From NCBI GenBank assembly GCA_038316815.1, contig JBBQAW010000001.1, positions 2,189 to 66,188 on the forward strand: a stretch of DNA of 64,000 bases, read 5' to 3'. Under the pieces are notes generated by a model that was given only the letters and a program-made list of their open reading frames with translations, was not told where the DNA came from and searched no databases. Positions 10,120 through 17,940 of the stretch are shown piece by piece. Source of the stretch: Burkholderiales bacterium (lineage in GTDB: Bacteria > Pseudomonadota > Gammaproteobacteria > Burkholderiales > Burkholderiaceae_C). A program made the translations under genes and the position numbers. Within the stretch, counting starts at the first letter, position 1. Each line of letters begins with the position of its first letter.

Positions 10120-10954
10120 GAAGTCTCCGTTGTGTCCGCGCAGGGCGGGGTGGTTGGCGGCTTGAGGGGCCACGGTCTGCGCCGCGGTCAGGGTTGAATC
10201 CAAGGGCGCTGCTGGCGGCTGCGGCACAGCCCATCAGCTGTTCGGCCAGGGCGCGTGCCTGCGTGCGGTTGCAGCGGCTGGCGGGCACGCTCATGCCCAC
10301 CGCGACCACCGGCCAGCCGCGTGCATCGAACACTGGCGAACCCAGGCCGCACACGCCCAGGCGCCATTCTTCGCGGTTCTCGGCGTAGCCGCGCACGGCG
10401 CTGCGCTGCAGGTCCAGTTGCAACGCAGCAATGTCGGTCAGAGTGTTGGGCGTATGCGCCACCAGTCGGCCCAAACCCGGGCCCCGACCCAGCAGGGCCT
10501 GCAGCGCCGGGCGGTCCAGCCCTTCTGCCGCCAGCAAGGCCTTGCCCGACGCAACACAGTAAGCCGGCGCCCGCCCGCCGATGCGCGAATACGCGGCCAC
10601 CGGCAGCGGGCTGTCGAACTTGTCCAGGTAGACGATGTCGCCGCCGTCGCGCCGTGCCAGGTGAATGGTCTCGCCACTGGCAGCTGCCAATGCCGCCAGG
10701 TGCGGCCGCACACGCGCTGCCACGTCGACGGCGGCCTGCACCTGCATGCCCAGTTCGAACAGGCGCAACGTGGGGCGGTACAGGCCAGCCTCGTCTTGTT
10801 CGGCCCAGCCGCAGGCCACCAGGGTCTGCAGCGTACGGTGCGCATTGCTGCGTGCCAGGCCCAGTGCCAGAGCGGACTCGCTGACGCCACACGCCCGCTG
10901 CTGGCGGGTCAGCCAGTCCAGCAGGTTCAAGCCTTTGGCAAGGGTGGTGTCCAA
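10106..10954 (-). CDS. IclR family transcriptional regulator (SauR-like position)
   Basis: DTTLAKGL N-terminus, HTH LARSNAHRTLQTL and effector domain PAYCVASGKALLA. Start set at the TTG at 10954 (track extends to 11038). Confidence 0.85.
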   Translation of the reverse strand: MDTTLAKGLNLLDWLTRQQRACGVSESALALGLARSNAHRTLQTLVACGWAEQDEAGLYRPTLRLFELGMQVQAAVDVAARVRPHLAALAAASGETIHLARRDGGDIVYLDKFDSPLPVAAYSRIGGRAPAYCVASGKALLAAEGLDRPALQALLGRGPGLGRLVAHTPNTLTDIAALQLDLQRSAVRGYAENREEWRLGVCGLGSPVFDARGWPVVAVGMSVPASRCNRTQARALAEQLMGCAAAASSALGFNPDRGADRGPSSRQPPRPARTQRRLHETA

Positions 10955-10978
10955 GGAATGCGGGCTCTCGCGTGCAGC

Positions 10979-11023
10979 GGTTGTTCCAACATTTGGAATG
11001 GCTGTCCGTTTGATGGAACAACC
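10979..11023. promoter_or_regulatory. Tandem operator-like palindromes TTCCA-N5-TGGAA (10984-10998) and GTCCG-N5-TGGAA (11004-11018), inside a 10-bp inverted repeat
   Basis: GGTTGTTCCA...TGGAACAACC read directly; lies just upstream of the IclR-bug-sauST operon. Confidence 0.6.
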
Positions 11024-11085
11024 AACGAAGCGTGACATTACGCTGGCCGCGGGCGCGGCGTCAATGGGGGCAAGCGCGGTGGGCC

Positions 11086-11212
11086 GCCGGGTCTGGTGCC
11101 GGGTCTGGTACCAGGTTCAGTGCCGGGTTTAGTGCCGGGTCTAGTGCCGGGTCTAGTGCCGGAGCTGACACCGGAGCTAGCACCGGGCCTGGCGCCGGAC
11201 CTAGCGCCGGCC
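11086..11212. repeat. Degenerate 12-bp tandem array (GCCGGGTCTAGT consensus, about 10-11 units)
   Basis: Read directly from the sequence. Confidence 0.9.
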
Positions 11213-12940
11213 ACGCGCCAGCAGCGCCAGCACCTCGGAGAACATGGCGTTGCCGATGCGCGCGTCCAGGTCCAGCACGTGGCTGCTTCGGTACCAGGGG
11301 CTCAGGTCCAGGCCCACGCCCAGCGCATGGATGGCCAGGGTGCCGCCGCGCTCGATGCGCCGCACGACAGTGGCCAGGTGGCGGTCCAGGTACTGCGCGT
11401 CGTTGGAAAGCGCCGTGGCGCTGTCCATCGGCGAACCGTCGGACACCACCACCAGCACGCGCGAACGGGCGTCGCGCTGCAGCAGCCGTGCTGCTGCCCA
11501 TTCCACGGCCTCGCCGTCCAGGCCTTCGCGGAAGAGGTCGTTCTTCAACAGCGCGGCCACGCCTTGGCGGGCGCGGCGCCAGGGTCGGCCGAAGGGCTTG
11601 AACACGAGGTGCTGGCGCTCGTTCATGCGCCCGGCCTGCGGCGGCTTGCCAGCCGCCAGCCAGGCGCGCCGGGCGCGACCGCCGTTCCAGGCCGCGGTCG
11701 TGAAGCCCAGCACCTCGCACTCGGCGCCGGCGGCGTCCAGCGCGCGCGCGAACAGGTCCACCAGCACGGCCACGTCCTCGGCGTGCGTTTTCATCGAGCC
11801 CGAACAGTCGATCAGGAAGCTCAGGGCGCAGTCGGCTTCCGGCTGTCGGCGCTCGTTGCGGAACAGCCGCCGTTCTGTCGGGCTGACGACCAGGCGGGCC
11901 AGGGTCCGGCCATCGATCAGGCCTTCTTCCTGGGCGCCGTCCCAGCCGTCGGCCACGGGCACGGCGAACAGCGCGCGCAGTTCACGCGCCAGCCGGCCAA
12001 CGTTCACGCCCTGCGCGGCAATGCGCTTGTCGAGTTGCGCGCGCTGCGCGGCCAGCGCGTCGGCACGCACCAGGCTGGCGGCGTCGTCCTCGCGGTCCCA
12101 GGCGGTGCTGAAGACGCGGTAGTCGGCTGTCCCGTCGGCCAGTTGGCGCGTGGCGCCGTGCACCGACGTGGCAAAGCGTTCGTTGGCAGCGCCCGCCACC
12201 GGGTCCATCAACAGCCCGAACGCGGCGCAAGCGGCGGCGCGAGCGGCGGCATCGCGGGCGCTGACATCGGGCGATGGCTCGTCGGCGCTGGCGCCGGCTG
12301 CGCGCAGCAGGGCCGCCACCGCCTGGGCCAGGGCCAGCGCATGGGCGGCGAATGCCAACTGGTCGTGTCGAGAACCTCGCATGCCCGCCAGCGTCAAACC
12401 GATGCGCGGCCCCAGCACGAAGCGCGGCGCTTCCAGCAGGCCTTCGAAGGCTTCCGGCACCGCAGCCCCGCACACCTGGGCGCGCGCCATCTGCGCGGCG
12501 GCGAACATGAATAGGCCGCTGTCGCCCTCGGCATGCCCAGCCAGCACGAAGCCCGCAGACCAGGCCTCGTGGCGGTGCTTCAGGTTGGCGCGCATGCCAG
12601 GCAGCGTGTCGGGCACCAGCGACTCGCAGCGCAGCTGCTCCATCCAGCCGAACAGCAGCCGTTCGACCGCGTCGTCGGGCAACAGGCGCTGGTGCAGCGC
12701 AGCGTCGGACTGCATCAGCCGCAGCGCCAGCCCGTCGGCCGCGCCACGGAACGACGTGAAGTCGTCGTGCGCCAGCACCGGGTGCAGATGCGGCGCGAAG
12801 GCCGGCAGCGCCACGCCGTCGCGGTGCAGGCGGCGGCCGCGGAAGGCCAGCAGTGGCTGGCCCACCAGCGCGCGGATGCTGGCTGCGCACAACGCTTCCA
12901 CGCGTTCCTGCAGGCGCGACGCCGCCTGCCCGGGTGTCAC
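11201..12940 (-). CDS. CobT-like protein with C-terminal vWA domain
   Basis: RGAADGLALRL, EQLRCES, MIDAS DCSGSM, EVLGFTT, EGLDGEA and VVSDGSPMD; GTGA overlap with the upstream ATPase stop. Confidence 0.8.
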   Translation of the reverse strand: MTPGQAASRLQERVEALCAASIRALVGQPLLAFRGRRLHRDGVALPAFAPHLHPVLAHDDFTSFRGAADGLALRLMQSDAALHQRLLPDDAVERLLFGWMEQLRCESLVPDTLPGMRANLKHRHEAWSAGFVLAGHAEGDSGLFMFAAAQMARAQVCGAAVPEAFEGLLEAPRFVLGPRIGLTLAGMRGSRHDQLAFAAHALALAQAVAALLRAAGASADEPSPDVSARDAAARAAACAAFGLLMDPVAGAANERFATSVHGATRQLADGTADYRVFSTAWDREDDAASLVRADALAAQRAQLDKRIAAQGVNVGRLARELRALFAVPVADGWDGAQEEGLIDGRTLARLVVSPTERRLFRNERRQPEADCALSFLIDCSGSMKTHAEDVAVLVDLFARALDAAGAECEVLGFTTAAWNGGRARRAWLAAGKPPQAGRMNERQHLVFKPFGRPWRRARQGVAALLKNDLFREGLDGEAVEWAAARLLQRDARSRVLVVVSDGSPMDSATALSNDAQYLDRHLATVVRRIERGGTLAIHALGVGLDLSPWYRSSHVLDLDARIGNAMFSEVLALLARGRR

Positions 12941-13923
12941 GCCAGCGGCTCCAGGTCCTGCGCGAAGCAGCGCTGGAAATACTCGGCGACGACGGGCCGT
13001 TCGGCTTCGTCGCACTTGTTGGCAAATGACAGACGCAGCGCGGTGGCCAGGTCGCCGAAGATGCCCAGGTTTTCGGCCCAGGTGATGACGGTGCGCGGCG
13101 ACATCAGTGTCGACAGATCACCGACCGCGAAGCCCTGGCGCGTCAGCGCCGCGAAGGCCACCATCTGCGCCACCAGGGCCGGCCCGGCATGAATAGCCAG
13201 TGCCGGCACGCGGGCCAGCACGATGGCGATTTCTTCGGCAGCCGGCAGGTGGTTCAGCTGCGCCACGATGTTCCAGCGGTCCATCTGTGCGTGGTTCAGG
13301 CGTTGCGCACCGTGGTACAGACCGTTCAGGTTGCCCAGGCCCACGGTGTTGGCGGTGGCGAACAGGCGGAAGAAAGGGTGCGGGCGCAGCACGCGGTTCT
13401 GGTCCATCAGCGTGAAGCGGCCTTCGCGTTCCAGCACGCGCTGGATGACGAACATCACGTCGGGGCGGCCGGCGTCGTATTCGTCGAACACCAGTGCCAC
13501 CGGCCGCTGCAGCGCCCAGGGCAGGATGCCTTCCTGAAATTCGGTCACCTGCTGGCCGTCGCGCAGCACGACGGCGTCTTTGCCGACCAGGTCCAGCCGG
13601 CTGATGTGGCCGTCCAGGTTCACGCGCACGCAAGGCCAGTTCAGGCGCGCTGCCACTTGTTCCACGTGGCTGCTCTTGCCGGTGCCGTGCAGACCCTGCA
13701 CCAGCACCCGGCGGTCGTGCGCGAAGCCGGCCAGCAGAGCCAGCGTGACGTCGGTCTGGAATCGGTAGACGGGGTCGACCTCGGGCACATGCGCGTCGGG
13801 TTCGGCAAAGGCGGGCACCAGCAGCGGGCTGTCGATGCCGAAGACCTCTCGCACCGAGACGCGCAACGTGGGCGAGGCTTGGGCGTCCTGGGGGTCCAGG
13901 GCGCCGGGGGCGTGGGGCGTCAT
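12937..13923 (-). CDS. CobS-like MoxR/CbbQ-type AAA+ ATPase
   Basis: GLHGTGKS Walker A, RVNLDGHISRLDLVGKD, VFDEYDAGRPDVMFVIQRVLE, ATANTVGLG and MSPRTVITWAEN; ATGA overlap with the IclR stop. Confidence 0.85.
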   Translation of the reverse strand: MTPHAPGALDPQDAQASPTLRVSVREVFGIDSPLLVPAFAEPDAHVPEVDPVYRFQTDVTLALLAGFAHDRRVLVQGLHGTGKSSHVEQVAARLNWPCVRVNLDGHISRLDLVGKDAVVLRDGQQVTEFQEGILPWALQRPVALVFDEYDAGRPDVMFVIQRVLEREGRFTLMDQNRVLRPHPFFRLFATANTVGLGNLNGLYHGAQRLNHAQMDRWNIVAQLNHLPAAEEIAIVLARVPALAIHAGPALVAQMVAFAALTRQGFAVGDLSTLMSPRTVITWAENLGIFGDLATALRLSFANKCDEAERPVVAEYFQRCFAQDLEPLA

Positions 13924-14768
13924 GCGCTGGCGCTGCCGTCGGAGCCAGCGCGGGGCGCCGTGCCGGCACCAATTTCGGACAGCGCCAGCGCCGCCTGCTG
14001 CATGGCCGGCAGCAGCATTCTGGCCTTGGCCACCGTCAGCCGTATGGCGGGCGCCTGCACGGCCACGCACAGGTTCGAACGCCCCTGCGTTGCCGGCACG
14101 GCCACGGCCAGGCACAGCAGGCCGGGCAGGAATTCCTCGTCGTCGATGGCAAAGCCTGCCCGCTGAATTCGCTTGAGTTCGCGTTCCAGCGCAGGCATGT
14201 CGGTCAGCGTGTTGGGCGTGCAGCGCTCCAGCGGCGCATGGGCCAGCAACCGGCGCCGCTGCTCGGCCGTCATCTGCGCCAGAAAAATCTTGCCGCTGGC
14301 CGAGCAATGCACCGGCACGCGCGAGCCGGGGTGCAGATAGAAGCGCAGCGGGGCGGCTGTTTCCACGCGGTCGAGGTACACCACTTCGCCACCGGACAGC
14401 GAAGTGATGTTGCAGCTTTCGCCCACCTGGTCCACCAGGTGGCGCAGCACGCTGTGGCGCGCGCCGTGGTGGCTGTCGTTGAGCAGCAGGTTCTCGGCCA
14501 GCCGGCGCAGGCGCACGCCGGTGCCGTAATGGCGGCCGTCGGCTTCGCGCTGCAGCAGGCCTGCGGCTTCCAGTTGCTGCAGCATGCGGTGCAGCGTGGG
14601 CTTGGGCAGCGCGGTGGCTTCGGCCAGCGCTTGCAGCGAGAACAGCTGGTCGCGGCTGGCAATCACCTCGAGCAAGGCCACCAGCCGAAGCGTGGGCGTG
14701 TCGCCTTCCAGCGTCGGAATGTCAGGGTGAACGGGGCGAGAGGGGCGGGAGGGGGGGACGATCTGCAT
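13920..14768 (-). CDS. IclR family transcriptional regulator divergent from xsc
   Basis: HTH LPKPTLHRMLQQL, VPVHCSASGKIFL and GFAIDDEE; start uncertain (14768 or 14804). Confidence 0.88.
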   Translation of the reverse strand: MQIVPPSRPSRPVHPDIPTLEGDTPTLRLVALLEVIASRDQLFSLQALAEATALPKPTLHRMLQQLEAAGLLQREADGRHYGTGVRLRRLAENLLLNDSHHGARHSVLRHLVDQVGESCNITSLSGGEVVYLDRVETAAPLRFYLHPGSRVPVHCSASGKIFLAQMTAEQRRRLLAHAPLERCTPNTLTDMPALERELKRIQRAGFAIDDEEFLPGLLCLAVAVPATQGRSNLCVAVQAPAIRLTVAKARMLLPAMQQAALALSEIGAGTAPRAGSDGSASA

Positions 14769-14810
14769 GTGTTCCGCATCATAAGCGGTTCCGTTATCTC
14801 GCACGATTCA

Positions 14811-14825
14811 TTCCGATTTCTGGAA
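14811..14825. promoter_or_regulatory. Operator-like palindrome TTCCG-ATTTC-TGGAA in the IclR/xsc divergent promoter
   Basis: Same spacing and half-sites as 10984, 11004 and 32071. Confidence 0.55.
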
Positions 14826-14893
14826 ACCCTGGTTGACCCTTCAACCCGCTGCAACCTATGATGAGCGATTCTGAACGACCCGAGACAAGCACC

Positions 14894-16711
14894 ATGCACC
14901 GCGACCCCTTGCCTGCCGCGCCCAGCGCCTACCAGCCCATCAACGGCATGCAGAAGATGACGCCGTCCGAGGCCTTCGTCGAGACGATGGCGGCCAATGG
15001 CGTGACCGAGATCTTCGGCATCATGGGTTCGGCCTTCATGGACGCGATGGACATCTTTGCGCCCGCGGGCATCCGCCTCATCCCGGTGGTGCACGAGCAG
15101 GGCGCCGGCCACATGGCCGACGGCTATGCACGGGTGTCGGGCCGGCACGGCGTGGTCATCGGGCAAAACGGCCCGGGCATCAGCAACTGCGTCACTGCCA
15201 TCGCCGCAGCGTACTGGGCGCACAGCCCGGTGGTCATCATCACGCCCGAGACCGGCACCATGGGCATGGGGCTGGGCGGCTTCCAGGAAGCGCACCAGTT
15301 GCCGATGTTCCAGGAATTCACCAAGTACCAGGGGCATGTGAACAACCCCAGGCGCATGGCCGAATACACCGCGCGCTGCTTCGATCGCGCCATGTCGGAA
15401 ATGGGGCCCACGCAGCTGAACATTCCGCGCGATTACTTCTACGGCGAAATCACCTGCGAAATCCCCAAACCGATGCGGGTGGAACGCGGCGCCGGCGGTG
15501 AACACAGCCTGGCCGCTGCCGCAGAACTGCTGGCCAACGCCAAGTTCCCGGTCATCCTGGCCGGCGGCGGCGTGGTGATGGGCGACGCGGTGGCTGAATG
15601 CCAGGCGCTGGCCGAACGCCTGGGCGCACCGGTGGTGTGCGGCTATTTGCGCAACGACGCCTTCCCCGCCAGCCACCCGCTGTGGGCCGGTCCGCTGGGC
15701 TACCAGGGCAGCAAGGCCGCCATGAAGCTCATCGCGCAGGCTGACGTGGTGCTGGCGCTGGGCTCGCGCATGGGCCCATTCGGCACCCTGCCGCAGCACG
15801 GGCTGGACTACTGGCCCCAAGACGCCAAGATCATTCAGGTCGAAGCCGACCACACCAACCTGGGCCTGGTGAAGAAGATATCGGTGGGCATTGCCGGCGA
15901 CGCCAAGGCCGCCGCCGTTGCGCTGCTGGCCCGCATGGCGGGGCAGACGCTGGCCTGCGACGCTACCAAGGCCGCCCGCGCCGACACCATCGCCACCGAG
16001 AAAGCCGCGTGGGAACAGGAACTCAGCGCCTGGACCCACGAACGCGACGCCTTCAGTCTGGACATGATCGAAGAGCAGAAAAAGGAACCCGGCAACTGGC
16101 TGCATCCGCGCCAGGTGCTGCGTGAACTCGAGAAAGCGATGCCGGCGCACGTGATGGTCAGCACCGACATCGGCAACATCAATTCGGTCGCCAACAGCTA
16201 TCTGCGCTTCGAAGAGCCGCGCAGCTTCTTCGCGCCCATGAGCTTCGGCAACTGCGGCTACGCGTTGCCCACCATCATCGGCGCCAAGGCCGCCGCCATG
16301 CACCGCCCGGCCGTGGCCTACGCTGGCGACGGTGCCTGGGGCATGAGCATGAGCGAACTCATGACCTGCGTTCGCCACGGCATCCCCGTGACGGCCGTCG
16401 TCTTCCACAACCGCCAGTGGGGCGCAGAGAAGAAGAACCAGGTCGACTTCTACAACCGCCGCTTCGTCGCGGGTGAACTCGAAAGCGAAAGCTTCGCCGG
16501 CATCGCCCGCGCGATGGGTGCCGAGGGCGTGACGGTCGACAAGCTGGAAGACGTGGGCCCGGCTTTCAAGGCGGCCATCGCCGCGCAAATGGCGCAAGGC
16601 AAGACCACCGTGATCGAGGTCATGTGCACGCGCGAACTCGGCGACCCCTTCCGCCGCGACGCGCTGAGCAAGCCGGTGCGGTTTCTCGACAAGTACAAGG
16701 ACTACGTCTGA
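14894..16711 (+). CDS. xsc: Sulfoacetaldehyde acetyltransferase (ThDP-dependent)
   Basis: MTPSEAFVET, FGIMGSAF, HEQGAGHMADG, GDGAWGMS...NRQWGAEKKNQ and C-terminal ELGDPFRRDALSKPVR typical of Xsc. Confidence 0.93.
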   Translation: MHRDPLPAAPSAYQPINGMQKMTPSEAFVETMAANGVTEIFGIMGSAFMDAMDIFAPAGIRLIPVVHEQGAGHMADGYARVSGRHGVVIGQNGPGISNCVTAIAAAYWAHSPVVIITPETGTMGMGLGGFQEAHQLPMFQEFTKYQGHVNNPRRMAEYTARCFDRAMSEMGPTQLNIPRDYFYGEITCEIPKPMRVERGAGGEHSLAAAAELLANAKFPVILAGGGVVMGDAVAECQALAERLGAPVVCGYLRNDAFPASHPLWAGPLGYQGSKAAMKLIAQADVVLALGSRMGPFGTLPQHGLDYWPQDAKIIQVEADHTNLGLVKKISVGIAGDAKAAAVALLARMAGQTLACDATKAARADTIATEKAAWEQELSAWTHERDAFSLDMIEEQKKEPGNWLHPRQVLRELEKAMPAHVMVSTDIGNINSVANSYLRFEEPRSFFAPMSFGNCGYALPTIIGAKAAAMHRPAVAYAGDGAWGMSMSELMTCVRHGIPVTAVVFHNRQWGAEKKNQVDFYNRRFVAGELESESFAGIARAMGAEGVTVDKLEDVGPAFKAAIAAQMAQGKTTVIEVMCTRELGDPFRRDALSKPVRFLDKYKDYV

Positions 16712-16733
16712 GGCGGCACCGGGGCTGCCGGTC

Positions 16734-17786
16734 ATGAGCGAACACCTGCTGACGCTGAACGCCGGTTCGTCGTCGGTCAAGTTCGCGTTGTACGCTCCGG
16801 GCGCGGTGGATCGCGGGCCGGTTTTCGGCGGGCAGATCGAAGGCATCGGATTGGGCCAGTGCGGCGCCGCGACGCATGCGCAGGCCATGCAGCAGGTGCT
16901 GCAACAGCTGACAGAACACGGGCTGCGCATTGGCGCCGTAGGCCACCGCATCGTGCACGGCGGCTGGCAGTTCACCCGGTCGGTGGTGGTGGACGACGCG
17001 GTGCTTGCAGGCATCGAGGCCCTGGTTTCGCTGGCGCCACTGCATCAGCCGCACAACCTGGCCGGCGTGCGCGCCGCGCGCAGCGCCTTCCCCGGCGTAC
17101 CGCAGGTGGCGTGTTTCGACACCGCGTTCCATGCCACGCAACCCGAACTGAACCGCCGCTTCGCGCTGACGCAGGCGCTGTTCGACGCCGGCGTGCGGCG
17201 CTATGGCTTCCACGGCCTGTCCTACGAATCCATCATGGCGCAGCTGATGGCCGCCGACGCGCAAGGTGCGCGTGGCCGCGTGGTGATTGCGCACCTGGGC
17301 AACGGCGCGTCGATGTGCGCGTTGCACGATGGCCGCTCGGTCGCCACGACGATGAGTTTCTCGCCGCTGGATGGCCTGCCCATGGGCACGCGCTGCGGCA
17401 GGCTGGACGCTGCGGTGGTGCTGCACCTGCAGCGCCAGATGGGCATGCGCACCGAGCAGGTCGAGACGCTGCTGTTCCGCCAGTCCGGGCTGCTGGGATT
17501 GTCTGGCCTGTCCAGCGACATGCGTGCGCTGCAGGCCTCCAGCGCGCCGGCTGCGACGATGGCCGTCGATTACTTCGTTGAACACGTGCTGCGTGAACTG
17601 GGCGGCATGGTTGCTGCATTGCGCGGCATCGATACGCTGGTGTTCACTGGCGGCATCGGCGAGAACGCCGCCGCACTGCGCCAGCGCATCGTCGACGGCG
17701 CGGCCTGGCTGGGGCCGATCAATGTGCAGGTGCTGCGCACCGATGAAGAAGCCGTGATCGCCCGCCACATGGCGGCCCTGCTGTGA
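16734..17786 (+). CDS. ackA: Acetate kinase (short form)
   Basis: NAGSSSVKF, GHRIVHGG, APLHQPHN, FDTAFH, RYGFHGLSY, HLGNGAS, MGTR and FTGGIGEN. Confidence 0.9.
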   Translation: MSEHLLTLNAGSSSVKFALYAPGAVDRGPVFGGQIEGIGLGQCGAATHAQAMQQVLQQLTEHGLRIGAVGHRIVHGGWQFTRSVVVDDAVLAGIEALVSLAPLHQPHNLAGVRAARSAFPGVPQVACFDTAFHATQPELNRRFALTQALFDAGVRRYGFHGLSYESIMAQLMAADAQGARGRVVIAHLGNGASMCALHDGRSVATTMSFSPLDGLPMGTRCGRLDAAVVLHLQRQMGMRTEQVETLLFRQSGLLGLSGLSSDMRALQASSAPAATMAVDYFVEHVLRELGGMVAALRGIDTLVFTGGIGENAAALRQRIVDGAAWLGPINVQVLRTDEEAVIARHMAALL

Positions 17787-17818
17787 TGCACCGCTGCCCG
17801 CTTGTTGACTGCCGCAGA

Positions 17819-17928
17819 GCGCCTGCTAACCGTCTGTCAACCGCCTGCTGAGCGCCTGCTGACCTCCTGCCAATCACCTGCTTAGCGCCTGCCACCCGCC
17901 TGCCAACCGTCTGCCACCTGCCTGCACC
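17819..17928. repeat. Degenerate 11-bp tandem array (ccGcCTGCcaa, about 10 units) between ackA and soeA
   Basis: Read directly: gcgcctgctaa ccgtctgtcaa ccgcctgctga gcgcctgctga ... Confidence 0.8.
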
Positions 17929-17940
17929 CCGGAGCTCTCC

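Noticed and set aside
11201-13923. Cobalamin biosynthesis (cobaltochelatase CobST)
   Set aside because: No cobN or other cob genes in the window; context points to sulfonate metabolism, so only the family call is kept.
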